A model generated the notes under the pieces. That model had not been told where the DNA came from. It was given only the letters and a program-made list of their open reading frames with translations, and made no database searches. Shown here piece after piece: positions 1-12,110 of a DNA stretch of 64,000 nt (positions within the stretch are counted from its first letter, which is position 1; each line of letters begins with the position of its first letter). This stretch comes from Camelus ferus (taxonomy: Eukaryota): positions 51,214,001-51,278,000 of the forward strand of contig NC_045697.1 in the NCBI RefSeq assembly GCF_009834535.1, given 5' to 3'. Made by a program: the position numbers and the translations under genes.

Positions 1-2649
1 TGGATTATTTAGAATTGGAAAATTTTTTTCTAAGCTAATGTAATGAAGAAGACATTTGTGTTGTAAAATAGGGGATCCAGGATTTATCTGTTCTTTTGTT
101 AAGCTAGCCCTATGCCTACTCTCTCTTCTCCTAAATCCTCATATTTTACCTTTTAATTGGCAAAACTTTTTCATCTAATCTGCTATGTTCTGTCAGATCT
201 GAAGACAGAAACCTTGTCTTACACATCTCTATATCTCAGTGTGTTATATAAGTCTTAGCATCTTACCTTTGCTAGGTTTTGGTAAAGTCAGATCTCCGAA
301 GTAAAAATAGTTCATAAATATTTCTCTTTTAGCCAGTTACCCTGGAAATATTTGGGACCTCAAGTCTTAAGATAACAGAACTTGTTTTACAGCTATTTAT
401 GGTGGACCCTTATCAGATACTTTTATTGGATTCTGATTATTCAATTTACTCTAGTCATTAACCTTACCAACCTAATTGGAGTTAGTATTGTGAAAGTTTT
501 CATTGTTGAATAATCATCACAGTAGTACATTTTGACTCCCAGAAATTCACTAGACTATTCGTTAGACTACTTCTACTAGCATCCAAATTAGACCATCAGT
601 TGACTAGGAGGTTGATTTATAGGTCCTTGGGTCAGTGTATTTGTGTTCATGGCAGTGGTTTATTCTGCATTTTTATATGAAGAAAATTTAGTGGATTAGG
701 AAATGTGGATGGACTCCCTTATAATTTTTCCATACTTGACCATAGACAATAAATTTTCACTTCATAGTGGTATATGAAGTAGTGTCTGCTGATAACACTT
801 ACATTTTTGTTAGAACCATGAGGGGGCACCAACATCCATGATAACCTATGCCCAATCTGACTAACTTCAACTTTCACCTTTTGAAAAAAACAAGTCATTA
901 GGAAATAGAAGGTGATGGGTAAATATGAATATCCTTTTAGTCCCTGGAACTTTACCTGTCTGCCTGTCTGGTAGAGTTATGCCTTTTCATTTGACACCCA
1001 GAAGCAAAATACCTTTCCTGACTTACGGTGTTTAAACTTACTAACTTTTTTTTTTGTCTTTAGAAACTATTTTTATCCAGTCATGAGGGAAAGTGGAATT
1101 GTGGAGCAATATAGGCATCATTTCATCATGATTTGTAATTTGGGGTTTTAATTATTGAAAGGGGGCATGCTGGAAATTTTATCTTCAGCATGTGAAGAAA
1201 TAAAGACCTATCCTGAAATTAATTATTGGTCTGAGTGTTTCCTCATAGATTGACTTTTAATTAAAGAACCTTTGAGTGAAGAATATTCCAGAGAGATCTA
1301 TGGAAAACTGATTTAACCAGTTTTGAATTTGGAATAAATAAACATTAACATGGAGTTCTATTTTCCTTTTCTTCTTTCCTATTGCTCTTAATCTGAAACC
1401 TGAGAAGAAGAGGAAGTCTTTCTGTTTGTGTTACACTAGGTCTATTTCCAGTTCAGTCTTTGACCCCATTATTGTCTTTTTCCTTCTCTGTGCCATGTTT
1501 CCCTCTTAATTTTTTTTATATGAGGTTAATAACAAAAACAGCCCTGTTGCAAAGCCTCTGGTGTAGTTCTTACTAGTGTGAGATTCGGTATAGGAATTGA
1601 TTGTTTTACTTGCCAAACATTTATTGGGTATCTACTTTGTGTGGCTGTTTTTAGTATGTAGTAATCTTAACCATTTCCTCCTCAGTGAATATGAAAAAGT
1701 TAGCTATATTTAAAATAATAGCTCTATGTGTTGTAGTTAATAAAACTTTAAAACTTGCATACATGAAAACTTAGCACAGTGATGGAATTCTGTCTTTCGT
1801 GATTTTTAGAAGATAAGTACAACTATTAGTATATTTTTTAAACTAAATTTATATACAAAGCATAATTGAAGCCTAGCAAAATCACTTAGGAATTATGAGG
1901 GTTTTGAAGAAACTGAGACATTATTCCCAGCTTCATAAAATTAAAATCTTGTTGAGACAAAATTAATAATTTTAAACTACAAGGATGATACTGCTTTACT
2001 TATGAGTCTAGATTAGTTTTCCATGTAATTGTGTGCCTTTAGAATTGTCATCATAGGGATTGTTTTGTTTCCGTTTTTGCATAACGATAGGGCAGACTTT
2101 ATGTCATTTATGAGTGTGTCTTGGAATATTCAGTAATTTTTGGTATTATGTTCTGTTTTTTTTGTTTTTTTTTTTTAAGATGAGATCTGTATTTGATACT
2201 GTTCTAAAGTGTCCTTGACTGCTAAGCTACACCAAAGAATAATCCATTCTAATTTTACCCTGAAGATTTTGTAGTAAGAAAAGAGATAGCTATATTAATA
2301 TACTTACGGTTGCTGCAGGTAGAGATGTGTTAAATTATGAAAAATAGATTTGCAGGACAATATAGGGTGCAATGTTAAATATCTTTTAAAGTAGATTTAA
2401 AATATAGTGTTTTTATAATTAAACATTATTAATTAAGCATACATATTTGTAGAAAATTTGACAAAATCAAAAAAGACCTAAGGAATACAAGTCACCTATA
2501 ATCCCCTTTCCAGAGTTAATCATTAGTATTTGAAATCATATTTTCATTCTTTTAATTATCTATTACACAAAGCAGAGCTATCACTTAGAAATTTTGTCTG
2601 GTGAAAGTTTGTTATCATTCTTAAAATTATATCAATTAAAGAAATGAGT

Positions 2650-3550
2650 CTTCAGCTATTGATTACATATTTATTTAACTGTAAAAACTAGTGTATGTAT
2701 TCATACTTAAAAAAAAGTCTTCTAGAATGTAAAGGTTTTATCCTTTCTTTCTCAGAGTAAATGCTACTAACAGCTTGGTGTATATCGAATGTTCTCGTTT
2801 CGTGGTGAGAGTGAGTGAATGACAGAGAGGGTGTGGGTGTGTGTGGGGTGTGTGTCTGAGAGTATATTAGGATTTGACTCGTCCTAATTTACTTATGCAT
2901 ATTCCATAGTATGATGTTTATAATTTATTTGATCTTTTATGTTGGTAGACATTTGGATTGTTTTCAGTACATTGCTACCACACATACGTTGCTGAAGTGA
3001 ATGTCCTTTTACAATTATTTTTGAGTACAAAAGTATTTCTTTGGGATGGATTCCTGGAAATGGAATTGCTGGGCCAGAGGTTATTCATGTGTTGAATTTG
3101 ATAAATACTTCCAAGTTTTATTTCCATCACGAGTGTATAAGAATGCTACTGGATTTGATCAATCTTAGTTTTAAAAACCTGTTAAACAAGAAATAGTGTT
3201 TTGTTTTTGTTTTCATTTTCTTAATTACTGTTGACATTTAGCAAATTTTCATATTTATTTTTCATTTGGATTTCTTTTGAAAATTTTCTTTTTTATCCTT
3301 TACTTATTAGTCTATTAGAGTTTTTTTTTCTTTTCTTGATTTGTTGGTGCTGTTTATATTTATGGGTATTAATCCTTCATGGTTTATGTGTTACATATAT
3401 TCTCTGTGTACAGTAATTTCACAATGTAGGAAAATTTTTATATTTTTATAGTAAAATGAATTATTCTTTTATGACTTCTGGAGATCTTCACCCCAGGGTT
3501 TAAACAAAATTTCTTACTTTCTTTTGATACTTTTGTACTTCGTTTTCCAA
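2650..3550 (-). mobile_element. Old L1 (L1ME-like) 3' portion
   Basis: Antisense L1 motifs such as GTAGACATTTGGATTGTTTTCAG and GGATTCCTGGAAATGGAATTGCTGGGCCAGAGG; highly diverged. Confidence 0.65.
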
Positions 3551-3589
3551 AGATACATGGATATCTTTTTGGATGTAGTATTTAATTGT

Positions 3590-4080
3590 TGTGTCCATTT
3601 CTTATTTACTCTTCTCATTAGCATTTGACCTTGTTCACTGATCCTTGCCTCTTAAAAAGTGCTACTCTCTTTGCTTATGCAGTATCACCGTCTCCTGTTT
3701 CTACTTTTACTAGCTGTTTTTTCTTGGGCTTCTTGCTTCCTCTTAACCCCCTTCACTGTATATCCTTTATTTAGTACCTTGTTGCTCATTCCTAGGCCCT
3801 TTTTGGTCTTCTATCTGGTATCACTTCTTAGGTGATTTTATCTAGTTTTATGTCTTTATATATGCATATGTTAATGATTCTCAAGTTTGTATCTCCAGTT
3901 TAAACCTTTCTTCTTGAGTACCAGGCTGAAACTTCTGGCCACCCAACCAACATTTGTAAAAACCTTTCTTCTAACACATAGTGTTCTTTCTTCCTCAAGA
4001 GAATCAATCCAGAATCTCTTCTGGATAATACATAGAGCACGCACTGTAGGATATCTGCATAATGCATTTTCTCTTAATTC
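3590..4080 (+). mobile_element. L2 LINE fragment
   Basis: CTTCTCATTAGCATTTGACCTTGTTCAC resembles the L2 RT LDLSAAFDTVDH motif; pyrimidine-rich L2-like body. Confidence 0.55.
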
Positions 4081-4149
4081 AGTCTGGTAAACAGTAAAGT
4101 AATAAACAACATATCTATCTATCCCTCTTTTGCCCAACACACTGTCAAT

Positions 4150-5775
4150 TGGTGAATAGAAATAGGATAATCATAATGATAGCTTCTTTGGAGAAGGAAA
4201 GAATAAACAGACAGCAGTCCTTGGTTCACATTACTAATGAAATCCTTCTGGACAAGAGAAGATTGCCCTGGCAACTATGTAAAATCCTTGGTTAAACTCT
4301 GATTTTGCTCTATGGGAAGAGTGCCCTTTTGACTGTTGTTTGTGTTCTTGGCTTTGTTCTTAGGAGATTCTTCGTCATCTTCCTTTGCCACATCTGAAGT
4401 AGGAGACATTTGAAAGTATGACGTCCATAGGAATTGCAAAACTTGTGTGGCATCATACCAGTTAGTATACATTTAGGGGCTGCAGGGTTTCTTAAAGTTT
4501 AATTATAGGGTTTTATAGGCCAATAATATGGTTTGATGGTAAAACTCACTCAAACATTTAGTAGATTTCTGTTCTGTCTTCAAGTCAGTTCCATGTTATA
4601 TTAACCACAGCAGATCTCTTTTAGTCATAATTTTTTTAAATCTACTCGTTATCTTACTTGTCTCTCTACTAGGCCTTTTCCTCTCTCCTTGTGTTTCATG
4701 GCTACCTTGAGGGTATCTGAAATAATAGGCTTGGATGACGTATGAGTCAGGGTTTAACCAGAGAAGCAGAACAAGGAGGAGATTTATGTATGATTGATTG
4801 ATAGATCGATCGATTGATCGATCGATCGATTTAAATAGATTTATTACAAGGAATTGGCTTACACAATTCTGGAGGCTGGCTAAGCAAGTCTGAAATTTGT
4901 AGGGTAAGCAGTTGTGAAGGTAAGCACTCAGGTAGGCTGAAACCCATGGGCATATACTGAAATTGTTCTCCACAGGCAGTTAGAAAAGGAAGACCCAGTG
5001 AAGGGAGAGCAGTTCAGACTGACTCAGCTGCTATTTGGAGTCTCATTTGTCAAGAAGAACCCAATCTCTTTTTAAAAACTTACTTGACTAGGTCAGGATC
5101 ACTAAGGATGATGACCCTAGCTTAAAAAAAATTGAGTGATTAGGAGCTTTAATTACATGTGCAAAATCCCACCACAGCGGCACCTAGATTAGTGTTTGAA
5201 TAACTGAGAGAAAGTATTTTCAAAATGGCAGTTGCCCTTCCTTCCTCTTAGTTTACCCTAACCAACCCAACATGTCAAAATCTATCACAGGTGGGAAAGC
5301 AACACTCTTGACCTTATCTTTGCTACTGTTTGACAAAGAATCCTTGAAGTCACAAAGTTAACTTTTTGTATTTGGAGCAAAGAAACAACTGCCTTCTCCA
5401 AACCTGAGATGCCCCAAATTACTGGATTATTATAAGGCAGGGTTTGCTATTGAGAGATTTCTCTCAGTGGCACTGTTTCCCTGTCCATCTCTCTTTGTAA
5501 ACTATTCATAGCTGAATTGATCTTTTTGTTGTTCTTTAAACAGTCAACACACCAACATTTTGAGTTTTTCTAATTGCTTTTCTTGGAATTATGTATCTGG
5601 TCACCATGTGATGTGTGCTACTCGTTATTGCAAGCGAGTTTTGCAAAATGGTTTGCTACTGCATAACAGATTGTTAGCTTCCTAGCCTGAGATATGTTTC
5701 TTTGCCACCTGTTTTCTAAAAGCTTTATCAGTGTTTTTAGGAATTTATTATGGCAGCATTGCACTCCTAACATAC
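4150..5775 (-). mobile_element. MaLR internal sequence (MLT1-int-like), interrupted by an MLT2-type LTR
   Basis: Reverse complement of about 5770-5620 (AGGAGTGCAATGCTGCCATAATAAATTCCTAAAAAC...TGTTATGCAGTAGCAAACCATTTTGCAAAACT) resembles the start of MLT1 internal consensus and abuts an MLT1 LTR. Left boundary is a guess. Confidence 0.5.
4739..5289 (-). mobile_element. ERVL solo LTR, MLT2-type
   Basis: Ends GTATGAGTCAGGGTTTAACCAGAGAAGCAGAAC and ...AAAATCTATCACA; internal GATTTATTACAAGGAATTGGCTTACAC and CACCTAGATTAGTGTTTGAA motifs. Confidence 0.75.
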
Positions 5776-5923
5776 AGGACTAGTCAAGATATAAGATGGG
5801 TTGTTTGAACAAAGAGACTCCAAAACACATGAAGTTCAGGCAGGCTAGATTATGTGATACTCTGGGGGTAGTCCTTCAGGTTGTTCCTAGACCTAAGTTT
5901 CTACTATTACAGCATCCCTTAAC

Positions 5924-6131
5924 CTGTGCTGTCTGCTGTGGTAGCAACCAGCCACATATGGGTACTAAGCACTTGAAATGTGTCTAGTACAACTGGGGAT
6001 CTGGATTTTTTTTTTAATTTAAATTTAATTAATTTAATTAAAATAATCATATGTGGCTGGTGGCTACCATATTGAAGAGTGCAGATATAGAACATTTCCA
6101 GCATCACAGAAAGTTTAATTGGACAGCTCTG
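5924..6131. mobile_element. MER3 (hAT-Charlie MITE)
   Basis: CTGTGCTGTC...GGTAGCAACCAGCCACATATG...CATATGTGGCTGGTGGCTACC...TTGGACAGCTCTG, the palindromic MER3 layout. Confidence 0.85.
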
Positions 6132-6200
6132 CTTTAGAGTGTTGACTCTTCATCTACAAGATCTAATCTGGCTCACCAGCATCATGTCGATGTTCCACCC

Positions 6201-6601
6201 TATTATGGGCTGAATTGTATTTCCCCATAATTCATGTTGGGGTCCTAACCCCCAGTATCTCAGAAGATGACTGTATGTAGGGATAGGGCCTTTAAAAAGG
6301 TAGTTACGGTTAAATTAGGTCATATGGGTAGGCTCTAAGCAAATCTGACAGACGTCCTTATAAGAAGAAGAAATTTGAACATAGAGACACTTGGGATGTG
6401 TGCACACAGAAAAATGGCCATGTGAAGACACAGTGAGGACATGGCCATTTGCAAGCCAAAAAGAGAGGTTTTAGAAGAAACCACATCTGCTGACACCCTG
6501 ATCTTGGACTTCTAGCCTCAAGAACTGTGAGAAAATATATTGCTGTTGTTTAAGCCACCCATTCTGTGTTATTTTGTAAGGCAGCTCTTGCAAACTCATA
6601 C
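6201..6601 (+). mobile_element. MaLR solo LTR, MLT1B/C-type
   Basis: TATTATGGGCTGAATTGT...GTCCTTATAAGAAGA...CTGCTGACACCCTGATCTTGGACTTCTAGCCTC...GTTTAAGCCACCC...AAACTCATAC; about 400 bp, near full length. Confidence 0.85.
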
Positions 6602-7169
6602 TCAGTCTATGAAAAATAAAAAACAGAAGAGTGGGCATAGATAGCTTCCCTTTAAGGAACTGACCAAGAAATTTCAAGCATAACTCCCTGTTGTATCCTA
6701 TTGGCCAGAAATTAGTTATATGTCCATTCCTAGGACCTAACTCTTGCTCTGTGGCCATTATACCTAGATATAACTTGTGGGAGAAATGTTTTACCAAAAG
6801 TAAAAGGGGAGTGTGGATATTGGGCGATAACTAAAGTCTTACACCAGTATAATCCTAGCATTACATTGTCCTTATGGCTAGCAATACAAGAAAAAAAGTC
6901 ACTCCTAGATCCTGACATAATCTTTTTGGCCTAGCTTGGGTCATGTGTCCATTCCTGAAGCAGCAACATCTTCTAAAGAAGATTTCTTTGTTCAAGCCTG
7001 GGTCATGTACTTTCCACTCCATTTAGGAGGTGGACTAGGAGGGGTCATTCCCACCTAAGCCTCATGGAATGGTTTCCCAAAGAAAGAGTGTTCTTACTGC
7101 CAAAACGGTAAAGTGGGAGAGAGGGAAGGGAAAGGATATTGGACATAAGAACTCCAGATTAGTACCTTG

Positions 7170-7580
7170 AAACTACTTTTCTCACTCCATCCTTGCTGCC
7201 GTTACCCTAGTCCAGGCTATTATCTTGGACTTCAGAGCAGCCTCCTAATTTGATCTCCTAGCTCTCTTCTCCTGTCTCCCCATGCAACAACTAGGCTAAT
7301 CTTTCGGAAGTATAAGTCATTATTTGACTTCTCTTTGCTCTTAGAATAAAGCCCAAACTTCTAACTTGACCTGTAAGACTTTGTGTGGCTAATTCTTCTT
7401 ACTGTTCTAGCTTTGTTTTATATTGCTTTCAGTATATTCATTATCTTTTAGTCACACTGACCTTTTCTTAGAATATGCAGATTTTCTCACTTGGAGATCT
7501 GTTTACTTTCTTTCTAGGGTGTTCTTCCCCTGGTTCTTCGTTTCTTCTCATCCTTTAGGTTTCAACTTAGATATTCTTCT
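7170..7580 (+). mobile_element. L2 LINE fragment
   Basis: ACCCTAGTCCAGGCTATTATCTTGGACTTCAGAGCAGCCTCCTAA (L2 TLVQA..LDY..SLL region). Confidence 0.65.
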
Positions 7581-8039
7581 CCGTACAGGTTGTTGGAAGA
7601 AACTTTCCTCTCCTACTCCTCTCTCCTTCTCCACCTTCCCTTTCAGTTTTCTGCCCGTAACTGGGTGGGTTTAACTGGGGTGAGGGATAGAAGGCCCTGT
7701 TGGTCTTTGACCAAGCTTTATTAGTATTAAGTACTTTAGTGGACTGTTATCTCTTTCTTACCATTTAGAAAGGGATTTGTGGGTGGTGGGAGTGGGAGAG
7801 TTTGAGTGTTTAACATCCCCAGATTCGTAACAGTTACGTTTATTCGTATCTCCACACCGATTTTAACTATTAGGTTACACCTTTTGAAATTGCTTTTTGT
7901 ACATCAAAAGTCACCAAAAATCCGATTTATGGTTCAATTTAATATGTTAGCATGCTTTGGTGTCTTAGAAAGTAGTTCTCCTTCACTGATCTTCAGGAGT
8001 TTTGGATATTGTGTGTTTAACTTTTCAAATGGCTTTAGT

Positions 8040-8880
8040 AAACTGCTGTAAAATGCCTATTGGAATTATGATTGGAATACATTAAAATTTGAACTAGTTT
8101 GGGGAGAAATAAATGTATAATACTGAGCATCCCCATGTAGAAATATGGCATGCCTATATTTTTTCAGGCCCTTCATCTGTCTTTAATAAAATTTTACAGT
8201 TTTCATATAGGTCTTATACATTTCTTGTGGAGTTTAGTCCAGATTATTCATAGTTGCTATTGCTCTCATGAATGGTATTTTTTTTATTCTTTTGTACTTT
8301 CTAATTTAGTTATTTCTGAAATATAGAAACCTATTGATTTTCATATTTCGATCTTGTGTATATGACCACTCAACTGAATTCTCATATATTGAGTCTATTT
8401 TCTGACTAAAATGTTATATTGACTCCAATAAATGATTGCCTTAATCTCTTCTTGTTCAATATTTACACCTCTTGTTTGCTTTTCTTCTCTTATTACATCA
8501 GTTTTGAACATTCCCAAAATGTTGAATAAAGGTGGTAATATAGGCTATCCTTATCTTTCCCTTGTTTTAGTGGGAGTACTGTTATGTCAGTATTAAGTAT
8601 AATACAAATATGCTGTATCTATTTAGTATATATTTTTCTCTTACCCTGCTAAATATTATCAGAAATATATACTGAATTTTATCAAATGCTTTTTTGGCAT
8701 CTGTTGAAAAGATTATTTCTTCCCCTTCTCCCCAATCTATTCATATAATGAATTTCAATAATAAATTTCCTAGTACTAAACTGTGTTTGGAATACTTACT
8801 GTGATGTAGTTTTCTTTTAATATACTGTTGGATTTGATTTCATTAACATTTTAATTTATATTTTTATGGAGATTACCTAT
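8040..8880 (-). mobile_element. Old L1 ORF2 fragment
   Basis: ATTGGAATTATGATTGGAATACATTAAAA...TTTGGGGAGAA and AAAATGTTGAATAAAGGTGGT antisense ORF2 motifs. Confidence 0.75.
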
Positions 8881-9127
8881 TTCATATTAGATTTTCATAT
8901 TTATTGGGAGAAACTATCATTTCCTTCTTACATCAATCTTACAAAGATTTGTGCTTTACAGATTTAATTTTTGTGCATCCTTTTTCCTTTTAATCTTACA
9001 GTTATATTTTTAACCATTTTTGCTATTGGTTGTTAGAAGTTTGATCAAAATGTTTTACTTGATTTCTTTGTAGTTTAGTAATTTTTTAAAGTGGCATAAG
9101 TAATTCAGTGTGTACTTCTTAATTTTT

Positions 9128-9578
9128 TTAATAATTAAAACAATTTAATTATGGCTAACAACACAAAAATTTTACCACTTTAATCATTTAAGTATACAGT
9201 TCAGTAGTGTTAAGTGTATTCACACTATTGTGTAACAGATCTCCAGGACTTTTTCATCTTGTAAAACAGAAATGCTATACTTATTAAACAACAACTTCCT
9301 GTTCCCCTTTCCCCCAACTCCTGGTAACCACTTAATGTTTCTATGAATTTAACTACTTTAGGTACTTCATATAAGTGGATTTATACAGTGTTTGTCTTTT
9401 TGTGACTGGCGTATTTCACTTAGCATAATGTCCTTAAGAGTCATACATGTTATATCTTTTGGCAGGATTTCATTCTCCTTTAAGAGTGAATATTCCATTG
9501 CATGTATATATCACATTTTGTTTTATCCATTCATCCATCGATGAACAGTTGGGTTGCTTCCACCTCTTGGCTATTGTG
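9128..9578 (-). mobile_element. L1MB-like 3' end, 5'-truncated, with TSD
   Basis: TACAGTTCAGTAGTGTTAAGTGTATTCACACTATTGTG...ATTTCACTTAGCATAATGTCC; flanks CTTCTTAATTTTT (9115-9127) and CCTCTTAATTTTT (9579-9591). Confidence 0.85.
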
Positions 9579-10200
9579 CCTCTTAATTTTTACACTCAGT
9601 TCATGTAATTCAAATTTATATTGGCTTATGGGAGAAGATAGGAACTTAATCTTATATTTCCAAGTAGTTAATCAGTTGATTTAGCTATTTCATAGTCTAT
9701 CCTTTCCCACTATTTGAAGTGCTATTTCATGTATTTAGACTGTAGAATAATAGACTGGATTATATCTGCTCAGTATATACATCTCTATATGTATTGCATT
9801 TGTATAACCTGCATGCCCATATACTAAAATTGGTTGTACTAAGCAGTTTCCTGTGCTGTTTGATAAGTAGCTAACGTCTGTAGGGTTTTATGGTTAACAA
9901 AGTAATTTCCATATTTTTCATTTAACGTAGTCAGTGGCGGCTTCTTTGTTTCCTTTATTCCCTCCCTCCCTCTCTTCCAAATTGCTACTAAAGAAGTAAA
10001 AATGCTTTCAGCACCAGCATCTATACCGTTTCTTATTGATGTATGATGTTGTTAGTCTTAACTAGTCTGTCTTTAGGCTTAAACACCTCCATACACTATT
10101 AGGGCAGGATCTACAAATTCTATGAATGTATTTTACTTCTCTTGCATTATCCTTCCAGTGTTCTTTAGCTTTGTTTCAATATTTTAAAAATATATTTTAA

Positions 10201-10905
10201 CTCACAAGGCAATAGAAATAAAAGCAAAAATAAACAAAAAGGGCCTAATCAAACTTAGAAGTTTTTGCACAGCAAAGGAAACCATAAACAAAATGAAAAG
10301 ACAGCCTGTGGACTGAGAAAATATTTGTCAACAATGTGACTGACAAGGGCTTAATTTCCAGAATATACAGATAGCTCATTTAACTCAATAACTACAAGAA
10401 CAACAACAACAAAAACCCAGAAAATGAAAAAACACAATCAAAAAATGAGCAGAAGACCTAAATAGACATTTCATCACAGAAGACATACAGGTGGTCAATA
10501 GGCACATTAAAAGATGCTCAGTATTGCTAATTATCAGAGAAATGTAAATCAAAACTACAATGAAGTATCACATCACACCAGTCAGAATGGCCATGATGAA
10601 AAAGTCTATAAACAATAAATGCTGGAGAGGGTGTGGAGAAAAGGGAACCCTTCTACATTGTTGGTGGGTAAGTCATTTGGTGCAACCATAATGAAAAACA
10701 GTATAGAGATTCCTTAAAAAGCTAAAAATAGAGTTACCAAAGGATCCAGCAATCCCACTCCTTGGCATATATCTGGAGAAAATTCTAATTTGAAAAGATA
10801 CATATATCCCAATGTTTATATATGTATTTCTATAACTGAATCACTATGTTGTATACCAGAAACTAATACAACATTGTAAATCAACTATACTTCAATCAAA
10901 CAAAT
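10201..10905 (+). mobile_element. Lineage-specific (cetartiodactyl/camelid-type) L1 3' fragment with internal deletion
   Basis: ORF2 C-terminal sequence (AATAAATGCTGGAGAGGGTGTGGAGAAAAGGGAACCC) joined at about 10815 to the terminal ACTGAATCACTATG...TAAATCAACTATACTTCAAT. Confidence 0.9.
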
Positions 10906-11149
10906 ATATATATATATATTACAAGTAAACCAGGAGTAATTTAATACTTACGCAGTTGCTATTCAGAAAATGCTAAAATAGAAGAGCTGCTATATGACTT
11001 GAGATAAGTTTTCATTCTACTAAGGGAACAATACATCTTTTAAATCAAATTTATGTTAAAGTATGTAGCAAAGTTACTAAACTGTGACTGGTGTTTGTTT
11101 AATGCTGGAGGAGTCTTAAAGGGAGACTGCATTATCTTTTTCCTGTTTT

Positions 11150-11640
11150 TATTAAATCATATAGTGAATGTAAATTGTAAAAATTTAAACAGTAGAAGAT
11201 AAGTTATGAGTTGGAAATTTCCCTTTTATATCCCAATTTATAAATTTTAAATGTATATAATTTCATAACTTTATGCATTTGCACGCATATATCCACGTGT
11301 ACTTTTTTGTAAACAAATTTTTGTTTTGCATGAATAGTCATTATAAAAATATTCTGTAAATTTCTTTTTAAAGTTAATATTTTATTATAGACTCTTCCTG
11401 TATAAATATATATGTTGTTTATTTTATTTCTTTTAGTGGCTGTGGAGTAATCCCTTGTCAGGTATCATGACTTCCCTGGTTTGATTGTTTATAGACAGTA
11501 TTTTGGTTGTGCCCAGTGTTCTTCCATTACAAACAGTACTGCCATAGACTCTTTTTGATATTTATCTGTGTGTATTTCTGTATTTTGGTAGGATATACAC
11601 CGGTGATGAAAGTGCTAGACTAAAAGTACATGGGTCTTTT
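11150..11640 (-). mobile_element. Old L1ME-like 3' fragment
   Basis: TTTTAGTGGCTGTGGAGTAATCCC...TTGGTTGTGCCCAGTGTTCTTCCATTACAAACAGTACTGC. Confidence 0.55.
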
Positions 11641-11877
11641 CTAACTCGCATTTTATTATGTGTATGAATGCCGTACTTTTTAAACTATGATGATTTTTGT
11701 AGTATTTTAGTATGTTTTAAAATGTGCTATGTCAAATGTCAGCTTTCAAGCCCCATTAATACCTATTTTCTGTTACGTCACTCTCTGTTGACTGATTTAT
11801 CCATTAAGAGTCAGTAAAGTATCACCTCTTCCCTGAAGGTATTCATAACAGTTAGCACATTGGGTAATTATAACCTC

Positions 11878-12110
11878 AACAACTAATATTTTAATGAGTT
11901 CTTAATGATATGCCATGCACAGTTCTATTTGCTTTGTGTATAGTATCTCATTTAGCCCTCACAACAACTCTAAGAGTTAGATAATACTATGATCCACATT
12001 TTATGGTTAAAAAAAACCAAGGAAAAGAATAACTTGCTCAGAGTCACTGTAAATGATGGAAATGGAATATAAACGTGGGCAGTCTGCTTTTTTAACTCCT
12101 ATAGTTCACT
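11878..12110 (-). mobile_element. MIR SINE
   Basis: ATCTCATTTAGCCCTCACAACAACTCTAAGAG...CCACATTTTA...AACTTGCTCAGAGTCAC is the antisense MIR core. Confidence 0.8.

Larger units (their letters stand above)
5777..6845 (-). mobile_element. Old MaLR LTR (MLT1J/K-like), split by MER3 and MLT1B insertions
   Basis: Pieces at about 5777-5920, 6135-6200 and 6602-6845, including CTTCCCTTTAAGGA...CCTATTGGCCAGAAATTAGTTATATGTCCA typical of old MLT1 LTRs. Confidence 0.5.

Noticed and set aside
4596..4973. 125-aa ORF with SIDR repeats
   Set aside because: Chance frame across an LTR; the repeats are the translated GATC microsatellite.
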